DNA from: Neodothiora populina
Taxonomy: Eukaryota
Reading direction: 5' to 3'
Length of the DNA: 64,000 nt
Assembly (NCBI RefSeq): GCF_041146345.1
Contig: NW_027191406.1
Span: 558,001-622,000 of the forward strand
A model generated the notes under the pieces. That model did no database searches and was not told the origin of the DNA. It was given only the letters and a program-made list of their open reading frames with translations. A program made the translations under genes and the position numbers. Below are positions 60,401 to 64,000 of this stretch, in pieces. Numbering within the stretch: position 1 is the stretch's first letter; every line of letters begins with the position of its first letter.

Positions 60401-63393
60401 AGCTGAAGGATGAATGGCTGACTGCCAAGGAGATAGAGCTTTGCCCTTCAATCTCGATACATACCTTACCTGACTTAGTAGTCATACAGCACAGCACGAA
60501 GGCAGCTGTACAGGTAGTATTGGATTTGTCGATCATCCCCGTGGAGAAGCAGTGGTGGCTTCGAAAACACAGTAGCTCCGTACCACGTACTGCAGCGGAC
60601 GAGCAGCGGTCGAGCCATACGATCGGACAATTGCGATGGGACCAGCTAAATCCCAATTAGGAATCACGAGTGAGGTACGATGGCCATTTCGGTCCGCAAG
60701 GCAATGCTCAAGGAATATTTCGACAAATCATTGTGGTGGGACGGAGAGCAGGGACTCGAGCTTACAGGTGGCGGTCCGTGTTTACCGGGTGGAGCACAAG
60801 GTGAGATAGTCTCCTTCATCAAGTCTTATGTGCTCTATGCAATCAATGCCTTAGTGTGTGCAACAGGGTGCCGGAAACCTGACCAACTTTTCAAGAGTTT
60901 GACGCTATCCGCCTGCTGACTCAACTCATCAAAGATAACCGCTTATCGACTTGATCATCGATAGAGATATGTATCATGTCACATCCAACTCACTACGATG
61001 AGCATCCAGGACATTATTCTACAGACATAGAATGCAAGCTTGAAGAGGTCTTCCTTCCAAAGAATACTTTAGATGGTGGCGGGCATCCAGAGCACTATGG
61101 TTGTCAAGGTTTCGCAGCCTTACTGGCGTAGATTCATCTTATCTTCACGTCCAAGCTTTACAAAGCTGTCGTCAGATACGACACTCTTGGCGCATTCTAT
61201 TAACAACCTCAACTTTGCAACAACGTAGCACTCGTTGTTGTATCAGCTTTGAGCATACGCGAAGATCTCCAGAATGTATGGCATGATATTCGGTGGTATT
61301 ATGTACTGTTCTTCTATACAAAGGACATGCGAGTTGCATATGGGGAAGATCTACCGTAGTTTCCCTGATGGTATCGTGTCACAGTCAGTCGCATTCGATA
61401 AATTCTCCGACGCATCATACATTATGCATGCGAGCAGGCGTTAACACCGAATGGCATACACACGACAGGGAAGCCTTGTTTGACGAATGGCTGGTACGGC
61501 TTTGACCGCCCTAGCCAGATTTGTGTAAGCGGTGAATTGCTTATAACCACACCAAGGTACTTGTCAGATGTACCCTCGCGGGAATGAAGTCCACATGTTT
61601 TGGAGTCGTTACATTATACTGTAGGAAGTCAGAGTCACGATATCTAGACATCGGATGCATGGCCCGCGGGAGATATTCGAACACATTGTGGCTGTAGTAC
61701 AAACTGTATCTAATACCCGCGAGCCAAGCATCATAACTCGTTCCGTCGACGAAACACTCAGGCAAGGTACCTGATACATCTCGGGGTACGGCAGGCAGCG
61801 CCCCGCGTAGCAAGGGTATGCCTGACAGAGTTCGACACGGGCGAATGGCCTTCTCCCATGGATCAATAGGCTTCAGGCAGATCTTATTTTTGGTGGGGAA
61901 GGCTGGTCTTTCATTCCAGCCTAGAACTCTTTCCTTCCTCTACCGCCCCAAAACATGTTTGTGGTAAGAAATCAGGATAGTGACAAGCAGCATGTCAATC
62001 GTGGCTGCCCATCTGTATTCAGGAATTAAGACGGATTGTTGTTGGTGAGACTGGGGGTCCTGACCATGTGGATCGTCAATGGCGTGTTTTATGCTCCGCA
62101 AAATAGGTCCTCCGTAGACTACTTTAGTTCGCACTTGAAGCTTAGTAGCGATCTGCCTTTTCTACTCCGCGAGATGTTACCTTAGTACGAGGAAGATCTG
62201 CACGGATACCGCGCACACTGTTATTGTTGTTCATCCTGTCAGCTCAGTACGGAGCATAAATCTACCAATAGCGACCAGGAGTGTCCGAATGATCGTACAA
62301 GGGTCTTAGACGATGATGAACACGCTTGTAGATTCTATTAGTGGCAATACTCATCTTCGGAGGATTTTCGCCAGCGACCAGCTCGAGTATACTTGTACAC
62401 AATGTGCATGGTCGCTTTATGGCATCCCAGCAGGTTGTCCATCGATTTCGTCACCACTCTGATATGGGCTTCCAGATTGTGTGCCCGGCAAGCCCGTTGA
62501 AAGCGGGCCAGATCCCGGGTTTGACAACGGTACTTTTGTTGCATTGCTGGGTACGCCACGATACAGCACAACGTCCATAGCAGATTCATTACCTCCGACT
62601 TTTCCAGGCAAGCAGCATACAACGATAAGAAGGATATGTGAGATTGGGCAAGTCTTGTAGGACATAATCCTCCGATGTGCTCATCTGTTAGTGAGGCTGG
62701 CACCACTGTGCCACGCACATGCGAGGCTGAAGGACAAGCCTTACAGGGTAAGCGAGGTTTCCTGATAGAGAAACCTCACTGCATCGATGCCGTATAATCC
62801 ATGCACATTGAAAGATTCGATCTGCGTTAGGATTAGCGCCAAGCATACCGGGCTGTCGCGCGGGAGCTAGTCCTCACGTTTGTTTATCTCACCGTCCGTT
62901 GGGGCCATGCGGACTGGTTGATGACTCGTGAGATCATGCAAGAGCCAACCATGCCGTTATCGTCAAATGCTTCGATGGTGTGGTTCGTGGATGGAGTCCA
63001 TGCTTCGAGTATGCATGGAACTACGAAACGCCTCTCATGATACATCGATTATACGCTACCAAACATTCTCCCCCTGGGATTACATGCCTCGCTTCACCCG
63101 CACCTTTAGTCTCGAAGTCATGAAGTATGCAAGACCCAAGATGCGCAAGAGGAGCCAAATCAAGCCCAAAGCTTCTCACTGATCCCTTAGCTTTTAATAA
63201 CATATGTTGTTCAGCCTGCACATATATTGCTCATGCCGGGCTGACTATTGTGACACCCCTTCTTAGCCTGGTGCTTCTGCTTTCTCCTTCCAGTCTTGTT
63301 ATATTGTTTCCAGTTCATACTCTCTTCGGTCTTCACCTTTTCCACTTCTAGACTTTCGATTCACCCTCTCTACTGCTGTAATATACCTCTGCA
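57482..63393. promoter_or_regulatory. About 5.9-kb divergent intergenic/regulatory region between PKS1 and CMR1
   Basis: No recognisable ORF; flanked by the two start codons. Confidence 0.65.
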
Positions 63394-64000
63394 ATGGTTT
63401 TCTGTACGTACTGTGGACATTCGTTCACACGTGATGAACACCTCGAAAGACATATATTGACCCGTAAGTATACGAGCATGAGACCATGTATCGGCTTCGG
63501 TGATCTAACATGAAGATTAGATACCAATGTCAAACCTTTCAAATGCTTCACCTGTCATATGTCCTTCGCCAGAAGGTGAGATATCCTTGTATCCTTGTGC
63601 TCCATGCCGACCCCACTGACCACGACCTCAACAGGGATCTATTACAGCGCCACTATACCGTTCACGGAAGAGACCAGAATCAAGAACCTATCCCAGCTGC
63701 CAATGGTATGATCCCAAAGTCAGCGGGCCGGACGCCGATTGCATGCAGCAACTGTGCAAAGACAAAGACCAAATGTGATAAGAAGTTCCCCTGCAGTCGA
63801 TGTGCAGGCAGGAATCTTCGTTGCACTCTTCGACCAACTCGTCGGTCCTCCAAGAATGCTAACAGGATGGGGCTCATAACTGCGGAGACGATCGCAAATG
63901 GGGTGGCAAACGGTGCAATCCCTCCAGATCAGACCGTGGCGGCAGAGAAGGCTCCTCACGGCTCTCCCAATGGTGGCGAGCAACATGTACATGCAAAACC
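63394..64000 (+). CDS. CMR1: Melanin regulator Cmr1/Pig1/Amr1 (two C2H2 fingers + Zn2Cys6), 3' truncated; exons 63394-63463, 63521-63575, 63635->64000
   Basis: Spliced: MVFCTYCGHSFTRDEHLERHILTHTNVKPFKCFTCHMSFARRDLLQRHYTVH...ACSNCAKTKTKCDKKFPCSRCAGRNLRC. Missed by the ORF track because of introns and truncation. Confidence 0.95.

Overview
Gene-dense euchromatic region of a filamentous ascomycete (Pezizomycotina; the PKS N-terminus and cluster layout suggest a Dothideomycete, which is inference). Genes have short GT-AG introns with CTRAC-type branch points. About 22 protein-coding genes can be supported. In order: the C-terminus of a Tea1/Kel1-like polarity protein, Sos7, COQ4, a ketopantoate reductase-family protein, a tandem MET3/MET16 sulfate-assimilation pair, an uncharacterised EGF-like single-pass membrane protein, ARL1, VPS35, a secreted Ser/Thr-rich protein, an Atg22-like MFS gene carrying two apparent 1-nt frameshifts, a polyQ Swi1/Sol1 ARID protein, a WW protein, UNG1, a J-domain protein, an uncharacterised transcription-factor-like protein, RSA3, SDS23 and prefoldin subunit 3. 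The window ends in a DHN-melanin locus: a SAT-KS-AT-PT-ACP-ACP-TE PKS divergent, across about 5.9 kb, from a C2H2+Zn2Cys6 Cmr1-type regulator that is truncated at the window end. No tRNA, rRNA, transposon or CRISPR array was recognised. The best leads are the orphan TF-like protein near the melanin locus, the EGF-like membrane protein, a possible non-AUG mitochondrial extension of the PanE-like gene, a degron-like motif in PAPS reductase, a 13-bp VNTR inside a uORF overlapping UNG1, and two hairpin-rich non-coding islands. All family assignments come from motif recognition by eye; no database searches were run.
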